DNA of 64,000 nucleotides from Bacteroidota bacterium (GTDB lineage Bacteria > Bacteroidota > Bacteroidia > Chitinophagales > Chitinophagaceae). Below the pieces are notes generated by a model. The model saw only the letters and a program-made list of their open reading frames with translations, had not been told where the DNA came from and did not search any database. Where the stretch lies: assembly GCA_039795575.1 (NCBI GenBank), contig JBDKLP010000045.1, forward strand, positions 20,552 to 84,551, written 5' to 3'. Below are positions 39,399 to 49,900 of the stretch, in pieces; position 1 is the stretch's first letter, and each line of letters opens with the position of its first letter. The position numbers and the translations under genes were made by a program.

Positions 39399-41987
39399 TT
39401 ATTGTTGAGGCATGGAGTCCATACCGCCTGCACCTTCGTCTCCTTTTGTACTTTTTCTTCTTAATAAGTTCATGTCAAATTTTCCAAAACGGTATGAGAA
39501 ATTAACACGGAACATTTGTTGGTCTCTAACACGTGTAACATTTTGCGTAAAATATTGACTTTCAGAGTAAGTTTTGTTCACTCTGGTTTTGAATACATCG
39601 TTTACATTGAAAGAAAGGCTTGCTGTTTTGCCACCCTTTAGGGTCCAATCTTTCTTAATGGCCATGTCAAAATCGTAGGTTGGGAAATTATATCCTTGTG
39701 CAGTAGACTGCGGGCCGCCGAAACCACCACCCATTGGACCTCCTCTACCACCACCACCACCGCTATTGCCTCCTGGAGGTAGGATAGTTTTAGCTTGGTA
39801 GTTACCGCTAAATTGGAAAGAGAATCCTTGTGGCAATTTAAAAGTATTGTTCATTTTGCTAAACCAACTCGTTAAATCATTATTTACGTTCTGTCCAGGA
39901 ATGGTTGCATTCACTGCCGATTTAAATAAGTTAAAGCTTAAGTTCATATCCCACCATTTAGTGATAGCTGTTTTATTGCTCAACTCTAAACCATACACTA
40001 TGGCTGTATTTGCATTTATTGATGAACTAAAGTAAGCACTATCATGTGTGGGGGACGCATTGTTTACATCCTTGTACACATAACTTGTAATTAAGTCGGT
40101 ACTATATTTGTAATAAGCAGTTGCTAAAAAATTAGATCCTTTTGCGTAAGCGTTGTTGTAAGCCAATTCAAAAGAATGGGTGAACTGTGGTTTCAACGCT
40201 GGGTTTCCCACGGTGATGTTTTGAGGATCACTGTAATCTGGGAAAGGCAATAATTGGAAGAAGTTAGGAGGACTTATTCTTTTAGAATAGTTTACTTGGA
40301 AATCTTGCTTATCATTCAATTTGTAGTTGATGAATGCACTTGGGAACAAGGAAATAGGATAGCTAGTATGGAATGGCAAAGAATCCAATCCTCTTTTATT
40401 TAAAATATTCCCATCATATGCCCTGCTTTCTGCTCTTAATCCTAATTGAAAGCTCCACTTATTCTTTTTCATATTTAAATTTGAATAAGCAGCATACACT
40501 TTTTCACCATATTGATATTGACTACTAATGGCATCAATTAATACATCATTACGGTATTGGTCTCTTTTATTGTATTCAGTACGATCATTGTATCGAACAC
40601 CCGCTTCAAATTTTACATCGTTCTTGAATTCACGTGCATAGTCAATATTGAAAGTATAATTTTTATTATTACCGATGCCCGTACCTCTTTGATTGTATAA
40701 ACTTGAATTGATCAATGACCAGTTGTCCAAGTCCGATTCGTTGTAATTAAAATCTGCAGACAATTCATGTCCTTTTTCGGCAAATAAATGTTTATAACTT
40801 AATTGACCACCTTTGTTTAAGAAATTGAATTTCCCTGCATTGTTCAAACTATAACTGCGTGTTGCTGTATTGATAGATGAATCAATGCTTTGAATGCCTG
40901 TGCTAGACATAGCACCTTTCATAATATTAGTATACAAGGAAAATGTATTTCTATTATCGGCAAAATAGTCAACCCCTGCACGATAAAAATTGAAATTGCC
41001 ATCGCCTGTAGTGTTGTTAATGGTTTTTATGCCAGTTGGTAAAGAAGCGCCAAGAATGGTTCTTTCAGTAGTGGAAACGCCTATAGATTTACGGCCATTC
41101 ACATTGGCATTTAAGGAGAAATTAAATTTATTGTCTCTTAAGTTTAAATCACCACCACCTGTTACTTTACCACGCATATCCACACCTGTTCTAATGCCTC
41201 CATTGTATCCATTTTTACGGTTTTTCTTTAAAACGATGTTTAAAATACCGGCATTACCACCAGTTGCATCATATTTGGCCGATGGGTTGGTAATGATTTC
41301 TACTTTTTCAATGATATCAGCTGGAATTTGATCCAAAGTAAGGGTAGTAGGACGGTTGTCAATTAGTAATGTAGGAGCTGCATTTCGAAGTGTAACATTT
41401 CCATCAATATCCACATTTAAGTTGGGAATGCTTTTCATAACTTCTACAGCAGTTTGTCCCTGGCTAGTTAAGTTTTTTTCAACATTGAAAATTTTTCGAT
41501 CAATGCCCATTTCAAACTGCGGTTTAGCAGTACTAGTAACGGTTACTGATTTTAAATCTTCGGCAGACTCTTGTAATTTAATATTACCTAAATCTTTATC
41601 AACCATCGCCAACATGTCCTGCATGCTTTGGCCAGGAGCCATTTTGAGATTAAAACTCAGGTTTTTTTCCAATTTCTTATAACCCACTCCCGATACAATT
41701 AATTTAAAATTGCCCATTACAGGTAAGTTTTCAAAACTAAAATCACCATTTGCAGCACTTAACATGGTACCAAGCGTTACTTCGGATGATTTTTTAGTGG
41801 CAGGGTCATATTTATTGCCCTTTAATTGTAAGGTAATACCATCAATGCCTTTGTTGTTGGCATCCACAATTTTTCCGTAAAAATGGCCAATATTATTACT
41901 TGCTCCAGCAGCTCTTCCACCTGGGATTTGCGCTTGTATATTTACATGTAATACCAAGGCAAAAACTAAAAAGGATATATATTTCAT
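39399..41987 (-). CDS. TonB-dependent receptor / outer-membrane beta-barrel family protein
   Basis: Signal peptide, carboxypeptidase-regulatory-like domain, plug motif IEKVEIITNPSAKYDA..GILNIVLKK, GNPALKPQF, C-terminal FSYRFG. Confidence 0.88.
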   Translation of the reverse strand: MKYISFLVFALVLHVNIQAQIPGGRAAGASNNIGHFYGKIVDANNKGIDGITLQLKGNKYDPATKKSSEVTLGTMLSAANGDFSFENLPVMGNFKLIVSGVGYKKLEKNLSFNLKMAPGQSMQDMLAMVDKDLGNIKLQESAEDLKSVTVTSTAKPQFEMGIDRKIFNVEKNLTSQGQTAVEVMKSIPNLNVDIDGNVTLRNAAPTLLIDNRPTTLTLDQIPADIIEKVEIITNPSAKYDATGGNAGILNIVLKKNRKNGYNGGIRTGVDMRGKVTGGGDLNLRDNKFNFSLNANVNGRKSIGVSTTERTILGASLPTGIKTINNTTGDGNFNFYRAGVDYFADNRNTFSLYTNIMKGAMSSTGIQSIDSSINTATRSYSLNNAGKFNFLNKGGQLSYKHLFAEKGHELSADFNYNESDLDNWSLINSSLYNQRGTGIGNNKNYTFNIDYAREFKNDVKFEAGVRYNDRTEYNKRDQYRNDVLIDAISSQYQYGEKVYAAYSNLNMKKNKWSFQLGLRAESRAYDGNILNKRGLDSLPFHTSYPISLFPSAFINYKLNDKQDFQVNYSKRISPPNFFQLLPFPDYSDPQNITVGNPALKPQFTHSFELAYNNAYAKGSNFLATAYYKYSTDLITSYVYKDVNNASPTHDSAYFSSSINANTAIVYGLELSNKTAITKWWDMNLSFNLFKSAVNATIPGQNVNNDLTSWFSKMNNTFKLPQGFSFQFSGNYQAKTILPPGGNSGGGGGRGGPMGGGFGGPQSTAQGYNFPTYDFDMAIKKDWTLKGGKTASLSFNVNDVFKTRVNKTYSESQYFTQNVTRVRDQQMFRVNFSYRFGKFDMNLLRRKSTKGDEGAGGMDSMPQQ

Positions 41988-42083
41988 AGTTAATTAGATA
42001 CGATTTTGATTCTAAAGTTTATATGGATTTGCAAAGATGTGCTATATAATCTAGCGACGGGGCTTAGATTATATAAACGGCAA

Positions 42084-42581
42084 TTAATAATGGTGAATGA
42101 GCAAAGCAATGATTATTCCCCAAAAGCCCCCTGCAATTATGGCAAAAAGGCGGTAAGGTTTTGTGGCGCGTAGCAAGATCGGTTCCAAAATAGGCTTCCA
42201 TTTATTTTGAATATTTACGGCGAAATCAGATTGCAATCCAGTAGCAAATTGTTGTATGAGTTGGGGAAATACCAATTTTAATTCTTCTATAAAAATGCCT
42301 TTTAATTGTTTGGTGGTTTGTTCTCCGATAAACATAGCAATCATGGGCATTTTTTCACCTAGTTTGGTCTTGAAGAACTGTTCTAATTGTGTGTCAATAA
42401 AGGGGATGGCTTTGTCTAGTTGTTCTTGAATGCCTGGGCTTTTGGATAGATTGCTGATATCCATTGCTGCGATTTGTTTTGCTAATTGTTGGTTCCAGGA
42501 AAAAAATATAAATTTTACAAATAGCCAAGCAATTGCCCAAGCCAGCAATGCACTCATAAATGGGATAACAATAAATTCCAT
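42084..42581 (-). CDS. Hypothetical membrane protein (DUF445-like)
   Basis: N- and C-terminal TM segments, IPFMSALLAW, KMPMIAMFIG. Confidence 0.55.
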   Translation of the reverse strand: MEFIVIPFMSALLAWAIAWLFVKFIFFSWNQQLAKQIAAMDISNLSKSPGIQEQLDKAIPFIDTQLEQFFKTKLGEKMPMIAMFIGEQTTKQLKGIFIEELKLVFPQLIQQFATGLQSDFAVNIQNKWKPILEPILLRATKPYRLFAIIAGGFWGIIIALLIHHY

Positions 42582-42595
42582 AGATTGAATTTTAT

Positions 42596-42628
42596 AAAAA
42601 AACCCATCCCGATTGGGATAGGTTTTTT
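42596..42628 (-). terminator. Terminator downstream of tRNA-His
   Basis: AAAAAACC(c)ATCCC-gatt-GGGAT(a)GGTTTTTT. Confidence 0.75.
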
Positions 42629-42632
42629 AGGG

Positions 42633-42707
42633 GGAGAGTAATGGGTCTCGAACCCACGACCTACAGTGCCACAAACTGTCGCTCTAACCTACTGAGCTAT
42701 ACCCTCC
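42633..42707 (-). tRNA. tRNA-His (GTG)
   Basis: Reverse complement GGAGGGTATAGCTCAGTAGGTTAGAGCGACAGTTTGTGGCACTGTAGGTCGTGGGTTCGAGACCCATTACTCTCC: cloverleaf, anticodon GTG, encoded G-1:C73, CCA not encoded; TATTTTTG box at 42726-42719. Confidence 0.96.
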
Positions 42708-42847
42708 ATTTAGGGTCGCAAAAATACATTAATTCATCAATCTATAAAACTTGTTTTACATCTTTTTATAAAATATTGGTAAAAAAAGCCTCTTTATTCC
42801 TATTTCCAAGCTTGAATAGTCATTTTACGCTATTTTTGAATTACTTC

Positions 42848-45031
42848 ATGCACGCAATTATGACATATGTAAAACAAAATAAGTGGAAATTTTTTGCCAC
42901 TTTGGTAGTATTGGTTGGAATTTTCTTTGCTTTTAATACTTTTCAGACCAAAGAAAATGAGTCGCCAGAATTAAGACATCGAAAATTATTGTCCACGATT
43001 GGACATTTGTTAGAGAGTGAACATTATAGCCCGCGCAAAATTGATGATCAGTTTTCAAAAGAAGTTTTTGATGCTTATTTAAAAGCATTGGATCCGGAGA
43101 AAAATATTTTCTTACAAACGGATATTGATTCTTTGCGTATATTTCAAAATACTTTGGACGATGAAATACATGGTGCTAAAATTCAGTTTGAACCGGCTGT
43201 AAGCGCAGTGTATGATCGAAGATTTGCACAAGTGAAAGCCGATTTTGACGCAATTATCAAGGCCCCTTTTGATTATACGATTGATGATTCCATTAGAATG
43301 GAAGGCGATAGTTTACATTACCCAGCTAATGCGCAAGAAAGATATACAAGATGGTACAAATTAGTTAAATACAAAAGTTTGGAAAGATTTGTTGCTTTAA
43401 TGGAAGACCGCGATCAACAAAAAAAGTTGAAATCCGATACTGCTAAATTACAAAACAACAAAAAGCCAATCAAAACGGATGCTGAATTGGAAGTAGATGC
43501 AAGAAACACTATTGCTAAATCATATCATAAAAGATTTGAACAACAGGATAAAACCTTTAATGAAGAAAAGAAATTTGATTTATACTTGAACGCGATCACA
43601 GGTTTGATGGATCCGCATACTGATTATTTCGCTCCTGTTGAAAAGCGATCATTTACCGAACAAATGAGTGGTGTGATTTATGGAATTGGCGCACAATTGG
43701 GAGCCGATGACAACGGCGTGAAAATTGTGAGTATTACGCCGGGTGGGCCAGCTTGGAAATCGGGTCAATTGGTAGTGAATGATGTTATCGTAAAAATAGC
43801 ACAGGGCACGGAAGAGCCTGTAGACATTGCCGGTTACGAAACCACCGATGCAGTGAAACTAATTCGTGGGGATTTAGGAACTGAAGTGCGTTTGACAGTA
43901 AAAAAACCAGACGGCAGTACCAAAGTGGTAGTATTAAAAAGAGAAAAAATTGTTTTAGACGAAGGCTATGCGCGCAGTGCAGTCATCACTAAAGGCAAAG
44001 AGCGAATTGGTTATATTTTATTGCCTGATTTTTATGCTGACTTTGATAGAGAAGATGGTGCAAGATGTTCGAAAGATGTTGCTAAAGAAGTAGAGAAATT
44101 AAAAGCGGAGCATGTGGATGGTATTGTAATTGATATACGTTATAATGGCGGAGGTTCTTTATACGAAGTAGTGCAAATGGTGGGTTTGTTCATCAATCAA
44201 GGACCAGTGGTACAGATTCGTGACCGCGAAGGCCGTTCTCAGGTTTTGGCCGATGAAAATCCCAATATTTTATACAATGGACCCTTGGTTGTAATGATCA
44301 ATGAATTCAGCGCATCGGCAAGTGAAATTTTTGCTGGTGCAATTCAAGACTACAAAAGAGGTATCATCGTAGGAAGTACATCAAGCTATGGAAAAGGAAC
44401 CGTACAAAGAAATGTAGCGTTTGGAAAACCTTTGGATGAATTAGGTATCCAAACAGAATATGGAGCTGTAAAATTAACTTTCCAAAAATTTTATAGAGTT
44501 ACGGGAAGTTCAACACAAAAGAAAGGAGTGGCTTCCGATGTGGTATTGCCCGATGAGTATGAGTTTTTAAAATACCGTGAAAAAGACAATCCTTCGGCCT
44601 TGGATTGGGATGAAATGCAAAAAGCAAAATTCAGTCCATGGGTGGCTAATTACGATATCAATAGTATTGCTGCTAGTGCAAAGTCGGCGATTGATGCGGA
44701 TACAAGTACCATTCAATTTAAGAAAAATTTACAATGGATTGCTGCACAAATGGATCATCCAGTGTATTTAAAAATGGATAAGTATTTGCAGTATAAAAAG
44801 CAGGTTCAATCGGTGATTCAACGCAACGATAATTTGTTAAAATTGAAAGAACCCATGCAAGTGGCTGCCTTAAAAGCCGACCATGATAAGTTTTACAATA
44901 ATCCAGACAAATCCAAGCAAGATCGTTACCAGGCATGGCTTAAATTGGTAGCGAAAGACAATCAAATTGAAGCGTCAAGTAAGATAATCAGTAAGTTTAA
45001 TTCAGGATTAGTGCTTGCAAAGCGAAAATAA
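42848..45031 (+). CDS. prc: Carboxy-terminal processing protease (S41, Prc/Tsp)
   Basis: DPHTDY, GIGA PDZ, DIRYNGGGSL, SASASEIFAGA, GKGTVQ; start at 42848 or 42860 because the track's start lies inside the tRNA. Confidence 0.93.
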   Translation: MHAIMTYVKQNKWKFFATLVVLVGIFFAFNTFQTKENESPELRHRKLLSTIGHLLESEHYSPRKIDDQFSKEVFDAYLKALDPEKNIFLQTDIDSLRIFQNTLDDEIHGAKIQFEPAVSAVYDRRFAQVKADFDAIIKAPFDYTIDDSIRMEGDSLHYPANAQERYTRWYKLVKYKSLERFVALMEDRDQQKKLKSDTAKLQNNKKPIKTDAELEVDARNTIAKSYHKRFEQQDKTFNEEKKFDLYLNAITGLMDPHTDYFAPVEKRSFTEQMSGVIYGIGAQLGADDNGVKIVSITPGGPAWKSGQLVVNDVIVKIAQGTEEPVDIAGYETTDAVKLIRGDLGTEVRLTVKKPDGSTKVVVLKREKIVLDEGYARSAVITKGKERIGYILLPDFYADFDREDGARCSKDVAKEVEKLKAEHVDGIVIDIRYNGGGSLYEVVQMVGLFINQGPVVQIRDREGRSQVLADENPNILYNGPLVVMINEFSASASEIFAGAIQDYKRGIIVGSTSSYGKGTVQRNVAFGKPLDELGIQTEYGAVKLTFQKFYRVTGSSTQKKGVASDVVLPDEYEFLKYREKDNPSALDWDEMQKAKFSPWVANYDINSIAASAKSAIDADTSTIQFKKNLQWIAAQMDHPVYLKMDKYLQYKKQVQSVIQRNDNLLKLKEPMQVAALKADHDKFYNNPDKSKQDRYQAWLKLVAKDNQIEASSKIISKFNSGLVLAKRK

Positions 45032-45032
45032 A

Positions 45033-45554
45033 ATGGAAAAATTGAGTCAAGAAGCTGCCGAAAAAAAATGGCATGTGATCTATACTAAATCAAAGTGGGA
45101 AAAGAAAGTAGATGAGTTACTCATGCAAAAAGGCTTTGAGAGCTGGTGTCCAGTTCAAAAACAAGAAAGGCAATGGTCGGATCGAAAAAAAATAATTGAG
45201 ACCCCTTTGTTTAGGTCGTATGTATTTGTAAAAGCCAATAAAGAGGATCGTGCTGCCATACTTTCTACCATTGGGGTAGTGAATTTTTTATATTTTGAAA
45301 AAAAGCCTGCCATCATTCGGGATTCAGAAATTGAAGCGATCCGAAAATACTTGGGTTTGTCTACTGCTTCCTTTCAAATTGTGGACATGACCAATTTGTC
45401 ACCACAAACCAAAGTGTCAATTAGTCAAGGATTGTTTATGGGCAAAAGAGGAGAAGTTGTGAAGGCAGGGAAGAAAACAGTGTTTGTTCGTTTGGAAAGC
45501 ATCCACACATTGATGATTGTAGAGTTTAAGGTAGAAGAAGTGGAGTTAACTTAA
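45033..45554 (+). CDS. UpxY-family transcription antiterminator (NusG paralogue)
   Basis: WHVIYTKSKWEKKV, QWSDRKKIIETPLFRSYVFV, PAIIRDSEI, KOW-like GLFMGKRGEV. Confidence 0.9.
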   Translation: MEKLSQEAAEKKWHVIYTKSKWEKKVDELLMQKGFESWCPVQKQERQWSDRKKIIETPLFRSYVFVKANKEDRAAILSTIGVVNFLYFEKKPAIIRDSEIEAIRKYLGLSTASFQIVDMTNLSPQTKVSISQGLFMGKRGEVVKAGKKTVFVRLESIHTLMIVEFKVEEVELT

Positions 45555-45581
45555 TGTAACTTAAGCGAACAATCTATTACA

Positions 45582-46874
45582 CTAACTAATTTTCCAATCC
45601 ACAATTTGGTTACTCCATTCTGATCTAAATGGAGTGGTGATACGTATGTAATTATCGGTATAACCTTCTAACATGGCAATATCATTTGAATCTTTTTGTT
45701 TGATCGATTCAAATAAAACAGGACGGGTTTCCCCAATATGCTGTGCGTTAAAATATTGTTGCTTTTGATAAGACAAATTGCGCAGTATTTTATTACGTTC
45801 ATTACGTACAGAAATGGGAACAATTGGTTGAATCTCCAATGCCTTGGTCATAGCACGTTCCGAATAAGTGAATACATGTAAATAAGATACATCCAAGCTG
45901 TGTATGAAATCAAAGCTCTCTTTAAAATAAGCTTCGGTTTCGCCAGGTGAGCCCACAATCACGTCTACTCCAATACATGCATGGGGCATGATTTTCTTAA
46001 TGCTATGAATGCGATCTGCATACAATTGCGCATTGTATCTTCTTTGCATTAATTTTAAAACAGCATCAGATCCACTTTGCAATGGAATATGAAAATGTGG
46101 CATAAAGTTTTTACTTTTTGCCACCCATTCTATGATTTCGTTAGTTAATAAATTGGGCTCAATTGATGAGATACGGAATCTAGGTATATCAGTTTCTTGA
46201 TCCAAAGCTTTCACTAAATCAAAAAAGTTCTCTTCATGTTTTTTACCGCCATCGCCACCCTTACCAAAATCCCCTAAATTAATGCCGGTCAACACAATTT
46301 CTTTCACCCCATTTGTTGCTAATGCTTGTGCTTGTTTTACCACATTTTCAACACTGTCGCTTCTGCTTTTACCCCTTGCCATAGGAATGGTACAAAAAGA
46401 ACAGCTATAATCACATCCGTCTTGTACTTTCAAAAAAGTTCGGGTGCGATCGTTTACTGAAAAAGAAGTGTTAAATCCTGAAACTTCCTCAATATCACAG
46501 CTGCAAATTTTGGCATCTTGCCCCTTGGTTAAACTAGCTAAATGTTGAACAAGATTGAATTTTTCAGCGGCTCCTAATACCAAGTCAACGCCAGGAATAC
46601 TAGCAATTTCTTGAGGTTTTAGCTGTGCATAACAACCCGTAATCACAACGAAACTTTCAGGTGCGCGTCTTTGAATACGCCTTACCAATTGCCTGCACTC
46701 CTTATCGGCATTATCGGTTACTGAGCAGGTATTAATCACATATACGTCGGCCTGGTCGGTAAATTCCTTTTTCTCAAATCCTTCCTGTTCCAATTGTCTG
46801 GAAAGGGTGGAGGTTTCTGAAAAGTTCAACTTACAGCCTAAAGTGTGAAATGCAACGGATCGTGAATTACTCAT
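45582..46874 (-). CDS. mtaB: tRNA t6A37 methylthiotransferase MtaB
   Basis: HTLGCKLNFSE, INTCSVT, TGCYAQ, KVQDGCDYSCSFC radical-SAM motif; ATG at 46874. Confidence 0.95.
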   Translation of the reverse strand: MSNSRSVAFHTLGCKLNFSETSTLSRQLEQEGFEKKEFTDQADVYVINTCSVTDNADKECRQLVRRIQRRAPESFVVITGCYAQLKPQEIASIPGVDLVLGAAEKFNLVQHLASLTKGQDAKICSCDIEEVSGFNTSFSVNDRTRTFLKVQDGCDYSCSFCTIPMARGKSRSDSVENVVKQAQALATNGVKEIVLTGINLGDFGKGGDGGKKHEENFFDLVKALDQETDIPRFRISSIEPNLLTNEIIEWVAKSKNFMPHFHIPLQSGSDAVLKLMQRRYNAQLYADRIHSIKKIMPHACIGVDVIVGSPGETEAYFKESFDFIHSLDVSYLHVFTYSERAMTKALEIQPIVPISVRNERNKILRNLSYQKQQYFNAQHIGETRPVLFESIKQKDSNDIAMLEGYTDNYIRITTPFRSEWSNQIVDWKIS

Positions 46875-46993
46875 GGGGGGCAAAGATAAAAAACCTTGAG
46901 GGAACCTGAAAATCTTAAAATATTCATAAACCGGCCTCATATTTCCCTTTTTGCCTAGATTAAGTTAAGTTTGCAACTACTAAAATTGTCAAA

Positions 46994-49900
46994 ATGGACT
47001 TTAAAAAAGTGAATAATTGGACGGGTTGGATCGTAACCCTAATTGCCTGCACTGTTTATGTAATGACCACCGAAGCTACGGGTAGCTTTTGGGATTGTGG
47101 TGAGTTTATAAGTAGTGCCTATAAGTTACAAATTCCGCATCCGCCTGGAGCACCTATGTTTGTGCTATTAGGCCGTTTATTTATTGTCCTTTTTGGTGAT
47201 AATCCATTAACAGCAGCAAAAGCCGTGAATATCATGAGCGCTTTGGCTAGTGGTTTTACCATTCTATTTTTGTTTTGGACCATTACACATTTTGCAAAAA
47301 GAATGGTACAAAAGGGAACAGAAGCTTTAAGCAATGCACAAATCATTGCTATTATGGGTGCGGGTATTGTGGGTGCTTTGGCATACACTTTTACTGATTC
47401 GTTTTGGTACAGTGCAGTAGAGGGTGAGGTTTATGCATTGAGTTCCTTTTTTACAGCCTTAGTATTTTGGGCTATTTTAAAATGGGAACATAAGGCTGAT
47501 CAACTAGGTGCTGACAAATGGGTGATTTTTATATTTTACATGATGGGTGTATCTATAGGAGTACACTTATTGAATTTATTAACCATTCCTGCAATTGTGA
47601 TGGTATATTATTTCCGTAATTACAAAGCAAGTTGGAAAGGGGGATTGATTGCTTTTTTAATTGGGGTAGTGATTACAGGGTTTATTCAAGTGTTTTTAAT
47701 TCAGTACACAATCAAATGGGCAGGTGCTTTTGACGTAGCTTTTGTGAACTCATTAGGTTTGCCATTTTTCTCTGGATTCATCGCCTTCTTTGTTTTGGTG
47801 GCAGTGATTTTAGCATTGGCAATACGATATGCGAATAAAAAAGGATTGTACTTCTTGAAATTAGGCATTTGGTCTACTGTATTTTTCTTGTTAGGATATA
47901 CAAGTTATTTAACCACTATGATTCGATCTAATGCAGATCCTTCGGTGGATATGTACAATGTTGATAATCCGGTAACTTTAGTGGGTTATTTAGGTAGAGA
48001 GCAATATGGAGATTGGCCTATTTTATACGGACCTGACTATGTAGATAAAGTTGATAATATTGAAGGAAGTGATCAATATGTGAAAGGACCAAAGGGGTAT
48101 GATTTGGCTGGAAAAAATTACAAGCGTGATTGGACTTCGGCACCATCGGCGCATTTATTTCCAAGAATGTGGGATTCCGAAAACGACCGTGGTCAAATGG
48201 ATAGTTATAAAGCTTTCGCAGGTGTTGTTGATGGTGAAGCACCTACATTAAGAGACAATATCAAGTATTTTACCAATTATCAATTTGGATTCATGTACCT
48301 ACGTTATTTCCTTTGGAATTTCGCGGGTAAGCAAAACGACTTGCAAGGTTTTGGTAATGTTCGTGATGGAAATTTTGGTACTGGTATTTCTATGATTGAT
48401 AATTTGTTTTTTGGCGATCAGTCTAAAATGCCTGATTCTATCAAAACACAAAATAAGGCGAATAACAATTTATACATGTTGCCATTTATTTTGGGAATTA
48501 TTGGATTTATTTTCCAATACCAAAAGGCAAAAAAGGATTTTGTAGTAACAGGTTTGTTATTTTTCTTCACAGGAATCGCGATTGTGTTGTATTTGAACCA
48601 AGTGAGTTTACAACCACGTGAGCGTGATTATGCTTATGTAGGATCTTTTTATGCTTTTGCTATTTGGATTGGCTTAGGTGTATTACAAATTGTAGATTGG
48701 TTTACTAAGTTTATGAATCAAAGAGTTGCTGCGATTATTGCAACAGTAGTTTGCTTTTTAGCCGTGCCTAGTTTGATGGCACAGCAAGAATGGGACGACC
48801 ATGACCGTAGCCAAAAAACTTTGCCTCGCGACTTAGCTAGAAACTATTTAGAAAGTTGTCCTCCAAATGCAATTTTATTTTCATTTGGCGACAATGACAC
48901 TTATCCATTATGGTATGCGCAGGAAGTGGAAGGCATTCGTCCAGATGTGCGTGTAGTAGTGAATAGCTTATTAGGTTCCGATTGGTATATGAAAGAGTTG
49001 CGTTATAAAGTAAATCAAAGTGATAAGTTTGATGTTATTTTTAGCGAAGAACAGGTTGCAGGAAATAAATTAAATGTAGCATATTATAATGCGCTTCCTG
49101 AATTTGGAGAAAAAACCTACCATAATTTGGATTCTGTATTGCGTTATGTAGTAGGAGACCCAACTGGTAAATACATGGCATCTACCAACGAAGGGCCGGT
49201 GAATATTTTCCCTACACATAAGTTTAAAGTGCCAGTTAATAAAGCAGCAGCCATTGCGAGTGGCATTGCTAAACCAACTGATAAAATCGTTGATGAAATG
49301 TTGATTGATTTTAATCCTAACCGTCAATATTTAGTAAAGAACGAAATGGCGATGTATGCAATTATTGCAACCACTCAGTTTAAACGTCCAATATGTTTTA
49401 CTTCCTTACAGGAATTGAGAGAATTAGGCTTGGATAAATATGTAAGACAAACGGGCTTATCATACCAATTAGTGCCTGTATTAGGTGACGGAGCGGTGGA
49501 TACCGATGCGGCTTACAAAAATGTAATGACGAAGTTTAGCTTTGGCAATGCAAAAAATCCAAATGTGTATTTTGACGAAGAAAACAGAAGACATTTAAAT
49601 TCAATCCGTTTTGCAGTTTCAGAAATAGCCCAAGCTTTGATTGCAGAAGGTAAAAAAGACAGTGCGAAACAAGTATTGAGAAAGTTAGATAGCGAAATGA
49701 GCCAAAAAAGCTTTCCTTATGGAATGACTTCCAACAGGGGAAATCAACATGATTATTTCTCCTTTGTATTTATGCAAAATTGTTATGCAGCAGGTGACTA
49801 TGAATTGGCTAAAAAAGTATCTAATGCGGTAGTGAAGGATTTAAAACAACAATTGGTATACTATCGTTCTCTTGGAGAATCAATGAGTGAAGATCAATTC

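Noticed and set aside
39712-39780. CCA/CCT-rich repeat inside the TonB-dependent receptor gene
   Set aside because: Encodes an in-frame Gly-rich loop (GGNSGGGGGRGGPMGGGFGG); not a phase-variable tract or CRISPR repeat.
42084-42707. Possible genomic island integrated at tRNA-His
   Set aside because: No integrase, no duplicated tRNA 3' end and no obvious composition shift nearby.
42641-42847. N-terminal extension of the 796-aa prc ORF in the track
   Set aside because: It overlaps tRNA-His on the opposite strand; a TATTTTTG box at 42831-42838 supports a start at 42848 or 42860.
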